Made by a program: the position numbers and the translations under genes. Below are positions 47,564-57,206 of a stretch of DNA of 64,000 nucleotides, in pieces. The stretch is from positions 3,922 to 67,921 of the forward strand of contig CAYHUD010000001.1 of assembly GCA_964360025.1 (NCBI GenBank), given 5' to 3'. The notes beneath the pieces were generated by a model that made no database searches, was not told where the DNA came from, and saw only the letters and a program-made list of their open reading frames with translations. Within the stretch, counting starts at the first letter, position 1, and the number at the start of each line of letters is the position of its first letter. The DNA comes from an uncultured Candidatus Saccharibacteria bacterium. Lineage in GTDB: Bacteria > Patescibacteriota > Minisyncoccia > UBA6257 > JAUSGH01.

Positions 47564-49432
47564 ATGGACGACCTTAATCCTCAGCAAAAACTAGCCGTCA
47601 ACCACCCCGGAGGACCGCTTTTAATCATCGCCGGAGCCGGATCGGGGAAAACAAAAACCCTGACTTCGCGTATCGTCCGCCTCGTAGAGTCCGGCGTCCC
47701 CGCCGCGGCTATTTTAGCCATCACCTTCACCAACAAAGCGGCTGAAGAAATGCGAAACAGAATAATGCGACAAGGGACAGGAGACAAACAAATCACCGCG
47801 GCGTTCATCGGCACATTCCACTCCTGGGGCGCGCGGGTTTTGAAACAGGAGGCGCGATTTTTCGGACGGACGGAAAACTTTTCCATCTTTGACGAGGACG
47901 ACAGCCTGCGGACGGTAAAAGCAATCGTCAAAGAAATGAATTTGGATAAAGAAAAATTTAATCCGGCGGGATTTCGCGCCAAAATCGGCGATATAAAAAA
48001 CGAACTTTTGTCTTCAGAGGATCTGCACGCTGAAGGAAGCGTCCGCGAAAAACTTGCCGCCGACATTTACGAAAAATATGAAGAGGCGCTCAAAAAAAAT
48101 AATGCTTTTGACTTTGACGACCTCATCACAAAAGTCGTTGTCCTTTTTATGCGGCATCCGGAGGTTCTGGAAAAATATAGAAATAAATATCAACAAATAC
48201 TCGTCGACGAGTATCAGGATGTGAACACCTCGCAATACCGATTGGTAAAACTTCTCGCGGAAAAACATAAAAACATAACCGTGGTCGGAGACGACGCGCA
48301 GGCGATTTACGCTTTCCGCGGATCGGACTTCCGCATCTTTTTAAACTTTGACCGCGACTGGCCAGATGCCACAATCATCAAGCTGGAAGAAAACTACCGC
48401 TCTACGGCGAACATCATTTCCGCCGCTTCAAACCTCATCAAAAATAATGTCCTGCAGAAACCGAAGTCGCTCTGGACGCAAAACGAAAACGGAGAAAAAA
48501 TCTCTATTGACGGCTTCGCGACCGAAGACGATGAGTCGTATTTTTTAACGACGCGCATTTTGGAAATAGTCCGCCGGACAAAAAATAATTCTTTACTAAG
48601 GATGGATCGCGATCCCCAGATCGCGATACTCTATCGGACGAATGCCCAATCACGCGCGATAGAACAAGCGCTCCTCCAAAACGGAATTCCTTACCGTATT
48701 TACGGCGGACTGAAATTTTATGACCGCATGGAAATCAAAGATATTGTTTCCGCGCTCGTCTCTGCTTCCAATCCCGAAAACGAGATGGCCCAAGAACGCA
48801 TCAGAAAAAATTTCGGGAAAAAAGAAGCTGCGCGTCTCATGGGTGAGATGCCGCGCCTCGCCCAAAAGTTACAACCCGCGGAACTCATCGGTTTTTTTCT
48901 GGAAGAAACAAGATATCTGGAATATTTGGAAAATAATTATAAAAATTATGCCGAACGGATTGAAAACGTCAACGAACTCATTTCTTTCGCCGGAACTTTT
49001 TCTCCAGATAATAAAACCCCCTCCGAAAAAGGAACAGGGCTTGCCGCTTTTTTGGAACAGATCAGCCTTGTGTCTTCGCTTGACACCCCAAACGGCAAAA
49101 TCAATAGCTGCTCCGGAAGGACGACGATCACCCTCATGACGATTCACGCTTCAAAGGGACTGGAGTTCAGTCATGTTTTTGTGGCGGGAGCGGCGGAGGG
49201 ATTTTTACCCCATGAAAGATCAATCACTGAAGAAAACGGACTGGAAGAAGAAAGGCGGCTGATGTATGTGGCAATGACGCGCGCCAAAGAACGGTTATTC
49301 CTCACTTTTTACGGCATTCCTTCGCGATTTCTCTACGAAATACCGCAAGAATTGACCGATTTTAAGGATCATGTAGCGACAAAACGGCGCCTAGCGTCGT
49401 TTGAGGACGAGGATTATATAAGTTATGATTAA
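47564..49432 (+). CDS. UvrD/PcrA/Rep-family ATP-dependent DNA helicase
   Basis: Walker A AGAGSGKTKTLTSRI, motif II VDEYQD, later helicase motifs. Confidence 0.9.
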   Translation: MDDLNPQQKLAVNHPGGPLLIIAGAGSGKTKTLTSRIVRLVESGVPAAAILAITFTNKAAEEMRNRIMRQGTGDKQITAAFIGTFHSWGARVLKQEARFFGRTENFSIFDEDDSLRTVKAIVKEMNLDKEKFNPAGFRAKIGDIKNELLSSEDLHAEGSVREKLAADIYEKYEEALKKNNAFDFDDLITKVVVLFMRHPEVLEKYRNKYQQILVDEYQDVNTSQYRLVKLLAEKHKNITVVGDDAQAIYAFRGSDFRIFLNFDRDWPDATIIKLEENYRSTANIISAASNLIKNNVLQKPKSLWTQNENGEKISIDGFATEDDESYFLTTRILEIVRRTKNNSLLRMDRDPQIAILYRTNAQSRAIEQALLQNGIPYRIYGGLKFYDRMEIKDIVSALVSASNPENEMAQERIRKNFGKKEAARLMGEMPRLAQKLQPAELIGFFLEETRYLEYLENNYKNYAERIENVNELISFAGTFSPDNKTPSEKGTGLAAFLEQISLVSSLDTPNGKINSCSGRTTITLMTIHASKGLEFSHVFVAGAAEGFLPHERSITEENGLEEERRLMYVAMTRAKERLFLTFYGIPSRFLYEIPQELTDFKDHVATKRRLASFEDEDYISYD

Positions 49433-49509
49433 ACATCGTTCAAAGAACGATGTTTAATGTGTGGGGGTGGGCGTGAAACACGGGGATTTAGAGACTAAGT
49501 ACAAATTCT

Positions 49510-50391
49510 ATGCACCAACGACTCGGACAACACTTTTTAATCAATAAATCGGCTATTGCGGAAACAATTGCCGCATTGACATTGGAGGAAAATGATTTAG
49601 TTGTGGAGATCGGGCCCGGGCATGGAGCTCTTACGCTACCCCTAGCTCAAAAATGTGTAGGTTTTAACTGCAAAATCATGGCTATTGAGAAAGACGCCGC
49701 GCTTGTGGATAACCTGTCAGAAACGATGCGGAAATACGGCAATATGGTGCAAATTATTGCCGGGGATGCGCTCGAAGAACTGCCTAAACTCGCAAAGCGC
49801 GAATCGCTGGGCGATGAAGACGGAAAAGGGTGGAAACTGGTGGGAAATATACCCTATTACATCACCGGAAAATTGCTAAGAATCATCGGGGAGCTAGAAA
49901 ATAAGCCCCACATTACGGTTTTGATGGTCCAAAAAGAAGTCGCGGAAAGGATAACAGCCACTCCAAAAGGGGGAATGAATCCCGTTAGAAGTAGCCCGCC
50001 CATAGGCCCTTCGGGCGCGCTTCGCGCGGGCGCGACTTCTAACGGGATGAATCTGCTTGCCGCCGCAACTCAATTCTGGAGCGATATTTCCATCATAAAA
50101 CGCTTAAAACCTAGCGATTTTGATCCGCCGCCAGAGGTGGACTCGGCAATAATTAAATTAAAGATCAAAGATCAAAGATCAAAAAGACGGGAGGCTGAGG
50201 GTTATTATAAATTGATCAAAATTGCCTTTAAACAACCAAGAAAGACGCTTTTGAATAACCTTGTAGATGGTCTTGATGATAAAAAAGAGGTGATTTTACA
50301 GAAAATCGCCGATTTGGGCTTTAACGAAAAAACTCGGGGGCAAGAATTGAGCGTGGAACAGCTTTTGGTTTTGGCGAGATCCTTCGGCTAA
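49510..50391 (+). CDS. rsmA: 16S rRNA (adenine1518/1519-N6)-dimethyltransferase RsmA/KsgA
   Basis: LGQHFL, VEIGPGHGALT, GNIPYYITGKLL; contains in-frame family D insertion; 3' end lies in repeat. Confidence 0.85.
   Translation: MHQRLGQHFLINKSAIAETIAALTLEENDLVVEIGPGHGALTLPLAQKCVGFNCKIMAIEKDAALVDNLSETMRKYGNMVQIIAGDALEELPKLAKRESLGDEDGKGWKLVGNIPYYITGKLLRIIGELENKPHITVLMVQKEVAERITATPKGGMNPVRSSPPIGPSGALRAGATSNGMNLLAAATQFWSDISIIKRLKPSDFDPPPEVDSAIIKLKIKDQRSKRREAEGYYKLIKIAFKQPRKTLLNNLVDGLDDKKEVILQKIADLGFNEKTRGQELSVEQLLVLARSFG
49979..50048. repeat. family D palindromic element inserted in frame in rsmA, flanked by ATGAAT direct duplication
   Basis: cccgttagaagt...acttctaacggg; encodes extra NPVRSSPPIGPSGALRAGATSNG between duplicated GMN codons. 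Confidence 0.7.
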
Positions 50392-50745
50392 CACCTCAGG
50401 ATGATAAAGAATAACCTCGGGACAACAAACACAACCCTGTCATTCTGAGCCTGCCTGCCCGCTTCGCCCGCCTAGACTCGGCGAGGCCTGGCCGTGGCTT
50501 CAGCGAGGCGAGCCGGCAGGCAGGCGTTGCGCGAAGAATCTCGAGATCCTTCGCTTCGCTCAGGATGACAAAAATTAGCCTCGGGATGGTCAACTAAGTA
50601 ACGAGATCCTTCGGCTAACACCTCGGGATGATAAAGAATAACCTCGGGACAACAAACACAACCCTGTCATTCTGAGCGTTGCGCGAAGAATCTCGAGATC
50701 CTTCGCTTCGCTCAGGATGACAAAAATTGGTTTCGGGATGGTTCG
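50380..50745. repeat. family A repeat array 5, includes ~225-bp tandem duplication (50386-50610 / 50611-50745) and nested long palindrome 50449-50526
   Basis: 'gagatccttcggctaacacctc.ggatgataaagaataacctcgggacaacaaacacaaccctgtcattctgagc' present twice. Confidence 0.85.
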
Positions 50746-50806
50746 CTAAGTGGTGCGAACCACTTATTCACATCTTGTTCACATCGGAGAATGATATAAT
50801 AAAGTA

Positions 50807-51583
50807 ATGCGAAAGCTTTTAACGCTCGGTTTCGTCGCAGTAATTTTGATTTTCTCCGCGCTTATAACTCTCGGCAACTGGAGTTTGAATGACGACAAAA
50901 AACAGGCGGCTGACGACTCTGCCAAAAATCCCGGCGTCTCTATTTCTTTTCCTCAGATTGAAGAGCAAAAAATAGCCGAGGCGTTGCTCCAAAAAACCCT
51001 CTCGCAGACCACAAAAATTCTGGGTGAAAATGCCACGAAAAAATTAGCCGACGATCTCTCCAAAGAAATAGTTGAAAAAAATCCTAACGGACCGGGACCT
51101 CTGGGAAGCCAAAAAATCAGCGTGCCGCAAGCAGAGGAAATAGTCGCCGATTTTTTGCAAAAGGGCGTGGATAATTTTAATTATGAAGAACTGAAGCCCG
51201 CGATTGCCGACTCCGATTTGAATATTGTTGGCGATGATCCCGCCGCGCTTGCCCGATATTATAAAAACTTTTTTGAAATCCTGAGCGGAAATTTTAATCT
51301 CGGCCCCGCCGAATCCGATCCGCAGAATTCTTTGGACATTCTGGTTTCCGTCTATGAGAACTACATTAAGAAATTTTATTTGTTGGAAACTCCTGAGAAA
51401 TTCGCCGACATACAGAAACAACAGATCTCGCTTCTCGCCGCTCAGAGAAATATTTACCGCCTGATGAGGGACTATGAAAATGATCCGCTTAAAGCCGTGC
51501 TGGCGATGAAGGCGCTTGACACGGTAAAACAAGAAACCGCCGATCTCTATACCAAGCTGGCGAAGACGGTGGCGAAAATTTAA
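50807..51583 (+). CDS. hypothetical membrane-anchored protein (first gene of T4SS-like cluster)
   Basis: N-terminal TM; co-directional cluster. Confidence 0.5.
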   Translation: MRKLLTLGFVAVILIFSALITLGNWSLNDDKKQAADDSAKNPGVSISFPQIEEQKIAEALLQKTLSQTTKILGENATKKLADDLSKEIVEKNPNGPGPLGSQKISVPQAEEIVADFLQKGVDNFNYEELKPAIADSDLNIVGDDPAALARYYKNFFEILSGNFNLGPAESDPQNSLDILVSVYENYIKKFYLLETPEKFADIQKQQISLLAAQRNIYRLMRDYENDPLKAVLAMKALDTVKQETADLYTKLAKTVAKI

Positions 51584-51625
51584 TAAGCGGTAATCAACAC
51601 GCAGAAAAGAAGAGCGAAAACTTAA

Positions 51626-53272
51626 ATGAAATTTTTAAAAAAAATAATTTTGGCGGGACTGCTGGCGGCGATGATTCTGCCGTATATGGGCGCGCCCCTC
51701 AAAGCGCAGGCGCAAGATGCCGCTTCAATATCCCGCGCCGCCACAAGAGCCGCCAGAATAGTAGCGGCGGAAGCGTGGGTCGCGGCGGCGACCGCAAGAT
51801 TTGAAGCGGCAACCTTGGCAGCCAGTTTCGTGCCTCCGTTTAATCCCTATTTGATAGTCCCCGGGGGACCTCTGATCGTGGCCGATTTCGGAGTCAGAAC
51901 CCAAGAGGCGGCGGCGGCGGCCGAAGAACTCGCCCGCGCCAGTAAAGCTCTGGCCGATGCCATAGCTGAAACGGAGGACAGTATTTTAGATATCTTGGAA
52001 AAAGTTCTTTTTGAAAGTTTGAAGAAAAAGATTTTGGATATGATGGTGGACCAGATCATCGGCTATATTCAGGGAGAGGGTGCGCCGCGTTTCATCACCG
52101 ACTGGGAGGGATTTTTCGGAGAAATCGCCCAGGGCGCCGTGGGCGATCTCGCGCAGGCACTCGGGGCCGGATTTCTCTGCTCGCCATTTAGTTTAAAAAT
52201 AAAATTAAGCTTACTCTTGCCGCCTGTTGAGAGATTTAAAACAAACTTCACTTGCACGCTGGACCAAATCGTCGGCAACATAGAAAATTTTTATACTGAT
52301 TTCCGAAACGGCGGGTGGATCGCCTATGAGGCGGCGTGGTCCCCGCAAAATAATTACTATGGCGCGGTCTGGCTCGCCTGGGACGCGAAACAGAACACGA
52401 TCGCCAGCAAACTTTTTGCCTCGGCAAATGAAGCGGTCGCGAACGCCGGATTTCTGGGTGTAAAACAATGCGATGAAAATGGCGAGAATTGCCGCACGGT
52501 CACTCCCGGAAAAGTTTTGGGTGATCTTGTCGGCAAAGCTGTCGGCTCCGACATTGACTTCCTCGTGAACGCCGAGGACTTGAGCACTTATGTCGCCGCT
52601 ATCGCGAACGCGCTCATCAATCGTATCGTCCGCGAAGGCGTGGGACTCGCCGGGGTATCGCTCCCCTCGCAACCGCAAAAAGTGCGGACGCGCCAGGAAA
52701 TTAATGGCGTGGTTTATGGTCCCGCGAATATCGCTCCCGACATAAGAAACACAATCAACCAATACACAACTTCAATCAACGACCAGACGGGACAAAGCTC
52801 CGGCGGAGCTCAAATCGCGGCGACTTCAAAAACGGATTTTATAGAGCAGTTAAGTGTAATCCGCGACATCAGGACGGAAGCTCAATCATTCCTCACACAA
52901 CGGCTGGATTTGGAAAAAATACTCTTAACCAAGATCCAAGCCCTGGCGGCTTGCCTGAAAAATAAAGAGGGTCTTGCCAATGCGGCGGCGGAAGCAAAAG
53001 TTGCGGCGCAGCAAAAGATTGTTAATGATGCCAGTAAGCAAGTAGGCGACAATCTAGCTGTTATCAATAACCTTAATAATGTAATCAATCAAATTTCTCA
53101 GTTAACCGAAGCTCAATTTGCAGGGCTGGGGTCTACACTGTCCATTTCCGCGGTTGCCGAAGCTATCTCGTTTAGAACTAACGCCAAAAATCAGAGGGAC
53201 ACGGCTCTGGCGAATGTTCCGGCCCAAGTCACGAACGCAGACAACGATCTCGTGGCATGTAACGCACTTTAA
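51626..53272 (+). CDS. secreted Ala-rich hypothetical protein (548 aa)
   Basis: signal peptide MKFLKKIILAGLLAAMILPYMGAPLKA. Confidence 0.5.
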   Translation: MKFLKKIILAGLLAAMILPYMGAPLKAQAQDAASISRAATRAARIVAAEAWVAAATARFEAATLAASFVPPFNPYLIVPGGPLIVADFGVRTQEAAAAAEELARASKALADAIAETEDSILDILEKVLFESLKKKILDMMVDQIIGYIQGEGAPRFITDWEGFFGEIAQGAVGDLAQALGAGFLCSPFSLKIKLSLLLPPVERFKTNFTCTLDQIVGNIENFYTDFRNGGWIAYEAAWSPQNNYYGAVWLAWDAKQNTIASKLFASANEAVANAGFLGVKQCDENGENCRTVTPGKVLGDLVGKAVGSDIDFLVNAEDLSTYVAAIANALINRIVREGVGLAGVSLPSQPQKVRTRQEINGVVYGPANIAPDIRNTINQYTTSINDQTGQSSGGAQIAATSKTDFIEQLSVIRDIRTEAQSFLTQRLDLEKILLTKIQALAACLKNKEGLANAAAEAKVAAQQKIVNDASKQVGDNLAVINNLNNVINQISQLTEAQFAGLGSTLSISAVAEAISFRTNAKNQRDTALANVPAQVTNADNDLVACNAL

Positions 53273-53344
53273 GGATTCGTCTCGGCTTGCCGGAAGAGCG
53301 CGGTAGTAATAACGCTCTCCTCAGGCAAGCGGAGAAAACAAAAA

Positions 53345-55366
53345 ATGTCCGGATTTATTAAAAAACACTATAAGACAATTATTTTGGCATCGCTTTTCGC
53401 GGTTCTAGTTTTGGGCGGCTTGGGAATAGGCACCGAAAATACCTTTGCCGCAGGAGATGACGCCGCTAAAGGAGGCGAGTCTCAAAAGGAAAGCGGGTGG
53501 ACAGCCGGATTCAAAGCCGCGATCGGCGCCCTCGTTATACCGATAATTTATAAAATACTTTACATTATCAGCTATATAGCCGCGATTATTTTCAAATTCG
53601 GCGGCTACCTCATAGACGCCGTCATCTCTCTCAATACGCAGATTCTGGGAAGCTCTATGGTAACCACCGGCTGGACGATCACGCGCGATTTTGCGAACCT
53701 TGGCTTCGTTCTCGCCATCATTTATATCGCCTTCGCCACGATGCTCCGCGTATCGTCTTTTGAGTTAAAAAAGTTCCTGCTCCGCCTCGTGATTATGGCT
53801 CTGCTTATCAACTTCAGCCTGACAATAGCGGGTGTGTTTATCAAGGCCTCCGATAAAGTCTCCGCTTTCTTTATTGAAAAAATAAGCGGCGAGGGCAGTC
53901 TTGCCGATTTCGCGCAAGTTCTTGCGGGACCCACCATTAAAGAAATTGCCGCTGGAGAGAAAACAGAAAAAGAGGAAGAATCCGGAATTATCTCTGCCGT
54001 AAAAACCGGCGCCCGCGTCGGGCTTGGAGTAACGACCTTTGGAATGTCTGAAATAGTCGGGGAGGCTCTTGATGCTTATAAATTATTAAGCGCCAAGAAT
54101 ACGGACGGCAATCTGGATCTTGGGGAATCGGCGCTCGTTATGGTAGGCAAGGTATTCTTCCTTACGGCGTTTACGGTGATGTCGGCGATTATCTTCTTTG
54201 CCATTGGCGTCATGGTTCTCGTCCGCTGGCTGTGGCTGGTCGTACTTCTGATTCTCGCGCCTTTCGCCTGGCTAGCCTTTGCCGTCCCGCAACTCACTAA
54301 ATACTTTGAACTCTGGTGGGATAAATTCTGGAAATGGACGCTCTATCTTCCTGTGGTTTTATTCTTTTTATACCTTGCCATGACGGCCACTCTCTCACCC
54401 AATATCAATTCCCCAACCACACCGTTCTTTTCCACCGCCAATCTCCCCGGATACCAAACAACGCCTATCGGCAATGATTTCGGTTCTTACGGTAAAATCA
54501 TCATCGCCATCGGCCTCATGGTCGCCGGACTGATCGTCGGAGAGAAAATGAGCATTGCCGGAGCGAAGACAGGACTTGCCGCGGCAAAAACCACGAGAGA
54601 CTGGGCGATAGGCAAAGTGAAGGGCGTTGCCACGGGTGTCGCCATGGGTGCTGCCGGATATGCTTTGAGAAATACCCTTGCGGGACACCAGGATAAAGAA
54701 GGAAGGACCCTGGGACAGCGCATCGCCGCCGGAATTTCCACCGTGCCTCTCCTTGGCACTGCGGCCGCGCGCGGACTGGACAGTATCTCCACGCGCCGCC
54801 CGCAGGAAGTTGATAATTCGCAGAAACAATATGCTAATATGAGCGACGCTCTCCTCATGTCCAGCGCTGAACAGGGCCTGTGGAGGTTCAGTGATCCGGA
54901 GACCGCTGCCGTTGTGCGGGAACTTGCTAAACGCAAAAAACTCGGTAAGCTGCCAACCGACCGACTAATGGAACTTGCCAAGAAAGGAAAAACCTATGGC
55001 GCGGAAAAGGAGGTTTATAAAGCCAGACCGGATCTCGCTGATAATCCGCTGGAGATATTCAAAGGCCTTAGCCCCGGACAAAAAGCCGAGCTGGCTCCGG
55101 ACGTTTACTATGAATCTAAGAAATCCAATGATCCTAAGAAGCGGGCGTTGGTACTTAGCTTGAAAGAAAAAGATTTGAGAGAAATCGCGGCCAAAGGATC
55201 GGACGAGGTTATTGATGCCATCACCGCAACCCTTAAAGAAGCCATAACGATGCATGCCGCCGGAGTAGGCGCGGGCGCGTTTACCCCGGCCGAAGAAGCC
55301 TCTTTAAAGGGGGTGCTGAAAGCTATAGATGACAATATCGGACTAAAATCAACGTTTATTTTCTAA
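53345..55366 (+). CDS. polytopic membrane protein, VirB6/TrbL-like candidate
   Basis: many TM helices, size and cluster context with VirB4. Confidence 0.4.
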   Translation: MSGFIKKHYKTIILASLFAVLVLGGLGIGTENTFAAGDDAAKGGESQKESGWTAGFKAAIGALVIPIIYKILYIISYIAAIIFKFGGYLIDAVISLNTQILGSSMVTTGWTITRDFANLGFVLAIIYIAFATMLRVSSFELKKFLLRLVIMALLINFSLTIAGVFIKASDKVSAFFIEKISGEGSLADFAQVLAGPTIKEIAAGEKTEKEEESGIISAVKTGARVGLGVTTFGMSEIVGEALDAYKLLSAKNTDGNLDLGESALVMVGKVFFLTAFTVMSAIIFFAIGVMVLVRWLWLVVLLILAPFAWLAFAVPQLTKYFELWWDKFWKWTLYLPVVLFFLYLAMTATLSPNINSPTTPFFSTANLPGYQTTPIGNDFGSYGKIIIAIGLMVAGLIVGEKMSIAGAKTGLAAAKTTRDWAIGKVKGVATGVAMGAAGYALRNTLAGHQDKEGRTLGQRIAAGISTVPLLGTAAARGLDSISTRRPQEVDNSQKQYANMSDALLMSSAEQGLWRFSDPETAAVVRELAKRKKLGKLPTDRLMELAKKGKTYGAEKEVYKARPDLADNPLEIFKGLSPGQKAELAPDVYYESKKSNDPKKRALVLSLKEKDLREIAAKGSDEVIDAITATLKEAITMHAAGVGAGAFTPAEEASLKGVLKAIDDNIGLKSTFIF

Positions 55367-55378
55367 CTTGTAAAAACG

Positions 55379-56515
55379 ATGGACAACAAAACCCTACGCA
55401 CAACTTTCCGTGCACTGCCAAGCGACATCAAAGACTGGCTTTTTTCCGAAAAAGTAACCTATTCGGTAGCAGAGTTAAATACCCGCCTTAATATAAAAGG
55501 CGAGCGTGCAGGTGTTGTTGCTAAACTGGTAGCGCGGCTTGTCGTCCAGGATTTGGATACTCGCGATTTCGTGAACGAATTGGCGATAGAGTTAAATGTC
55601 AGCAATTCCGCCGCTAAGGCCATCACTAAAGAAGTTGAGGAAAAGGTTCTACACCCGATAGAAGCATCGCTTCGCGCCAATCTGGGAATTGATGTGGCTA
55701 TGCTCCATATGGGAAACGAGGTTTCCCTGTCATCGATTACGCCCCTACCGGATGAAGCCGAAAAAACTCCGGCGCCGCGTACGCCTTTTTCCGTGCCTGA
55801 CGCCGCTAAAAGCGAAGCCACCCCACATATCTTCGCTCCGATGGCGCCTAAAGTTTCCGACACAAAAACCCCCTCCGGTCCTTTTATACTACACACCGAA
55901 CAAGAACCGGCGAAACCCATCGCGCCGCCCATAAACGCCCCGCAAAGACCCACTTTCTCTATAAAAATTCCTCTGGCGCAAAAGAAATACGGCGCTCCTC
56001 CCGTAACAGCTCGCATTGAAACCGGCGCACCCGAAACCAGAACTCCCGAGACGCAAAAGACATCCGAATTCCAGGGCTCACGGATCATTCCGGTACCGCC
56101 CTTGCGCCAGAGCCTCACCATACAGCCCCCGCGCCGTCCGGTTTCATTTGAACCAATACAACCAAGTACAGCCAATCAGGCTCCCTTGAAAATAACACCT
56201 CCGCCACTCCGCCGCCTGCCCCCACTTCCGCCTCTTATAAAACCACAAAACCAACAAATCACTACCGCGCCGTCAGCGGCTCCCAAACAAGAGATTTCCA
56301 TTCTACCCATAAATCCCGCCCTTCCTGTAAAACCAAGCGTCCCCGCTCCGATTCCGGCCAGACCGGCGGCGCCGCCTTTAACATTGCCGCCCAAAGTTTC
56401 TTCGCCCGCCGCGCCGAAACCACCCATGCCCCAGATTCCGCTAAAAACACCGACAAATACGGTGAACATCCAAAAAGTAGTCCACTATTCCGACTTTTTC
56501 ACAAAGTTACAATAA
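55379..56515 (+). CDS. Pro-rich hypothetical protein
   Basis: PPxP-rich low-complexity C-terminal half. Confidence 0.45.
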   Translation: MDNKTLRTTFRALPSDIKDWLFSEKVTYSVAELNTRLNIKGERAGVVAKLVARLVVQDLDTRDFVNELAIELNVSNSAAKAITKEVEEKVLHPIEASLRANLGIDVAMLHMGNEVSLSSITPLPDEAEKTPAPRTPFSVPDAAKSEATPHIFAPMAPKVSDTKTPSGPFILHTEQEPAKPIAPPINAPQRPTFSIKIPLAQKKYGAPPVTARIETGAPETRTPETQKTSEFQGSRIIPVPPLRQSLTIQPPRRPVSFEPIQPSTANQAPLKITPPPLRRLPPLPPLIKPQNQQITTAPSAAPKQEISILPINPALPVKPSVPAPIPARPAAPPLTLPPKVSSPAAPKPPMPQIPLKTPTNTVNIQKVVHYSDFFTKLQ

Positions 56516-56516
56516 A

Positions 56517-56990
56517 ATGCAATTTCAAGTCCCACAATTTATAGAAACGGAGGACACCATCATCGGCTCCATTACGATCAGGCAATTTGTCTATATGGGC
56601 ATTGCCGGACTCATCAGTTTCGTGTCTTTCTTTTTTTTAAACACTACTTTGTGGCTGATATTTACCGGCTTTGTAGGCACGATCGCCGGAGCTCTGGCTT
56701 TCATTAAATATAACGGCAGGCCGTTATCTAAAATCATCCTCGCCATGTTCAACTATCTCTGGAAGCCGAAAATGTTTTTATGGAGGAGAAAAGAAGAGTT
56801 GGAAGCCCTGCGCGCCGAGGAGGCAGCCAAAAGAGGATCTCTGCTCCAGAACTTGTGGCTGCGCGTCACTGCCGGGAAAGAAGCCATACCCAAACGCGCT
56901 GATGCGCCCAAGTCTCTTGAAGAACGCTATCAAGTGGTGGAGAAGATTAGTGGGGAGAGGGATATGGCAAAGAGGGTGGACTATCGGTAA
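56517..56990 (+). CDS. PrgI/VirB3-like small membrane protein
   Basis: MQFQVPQFIETEDTIIGSITIRQFVYMGIAG... typical PrgI-type N-terminus + 2 TM. Confidence 0.5.
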   Translation: MQFQVPQFIETEDTIIGSITIRQFVYMGIAGLISFVSFFFLNTTLWLIFTGFVGTIAGALAFIKYNGRPLSKIILAMFNYLWKPKMFLWRRKEELEALRAEEAAKRGSLLQNLWLRVTAGKEAIPKRADAPKSLEERYQVVEKISGERDMAKRVDYR

Positions 56991-57206
56991 ATCATGAATC
57001 GACTTAAATCCCTCCCTCAACCCGCTGCGCTCGCCCAGCCGCTCGCTTGCTTGTCCTCGCCGCTCGCCCGCCGTGCGCTACGCGCCTAAAACGGCGGACC
57101 GTGCTCTCACGGCTCCGGGGGTTTCGGAGAGGAATTTAAGCCGATTCATTAATAGTCAATCCCCGCGCAATTCCTGAATTAAGAATTTGTTTGTATAATA
57201 AAGTAT

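Noticed and set aside
50396-50593. Six-frame ORF encoding 'VILSEAKDLEILRATPACRLASLKPRPG...' and similar ORFs (8621-8968, 44447-44686, 44501-44707)
   Set aside because: They lie entirely within family A palindromic repeats. They are classic repeat-derived spurious ORFs with no RBS.
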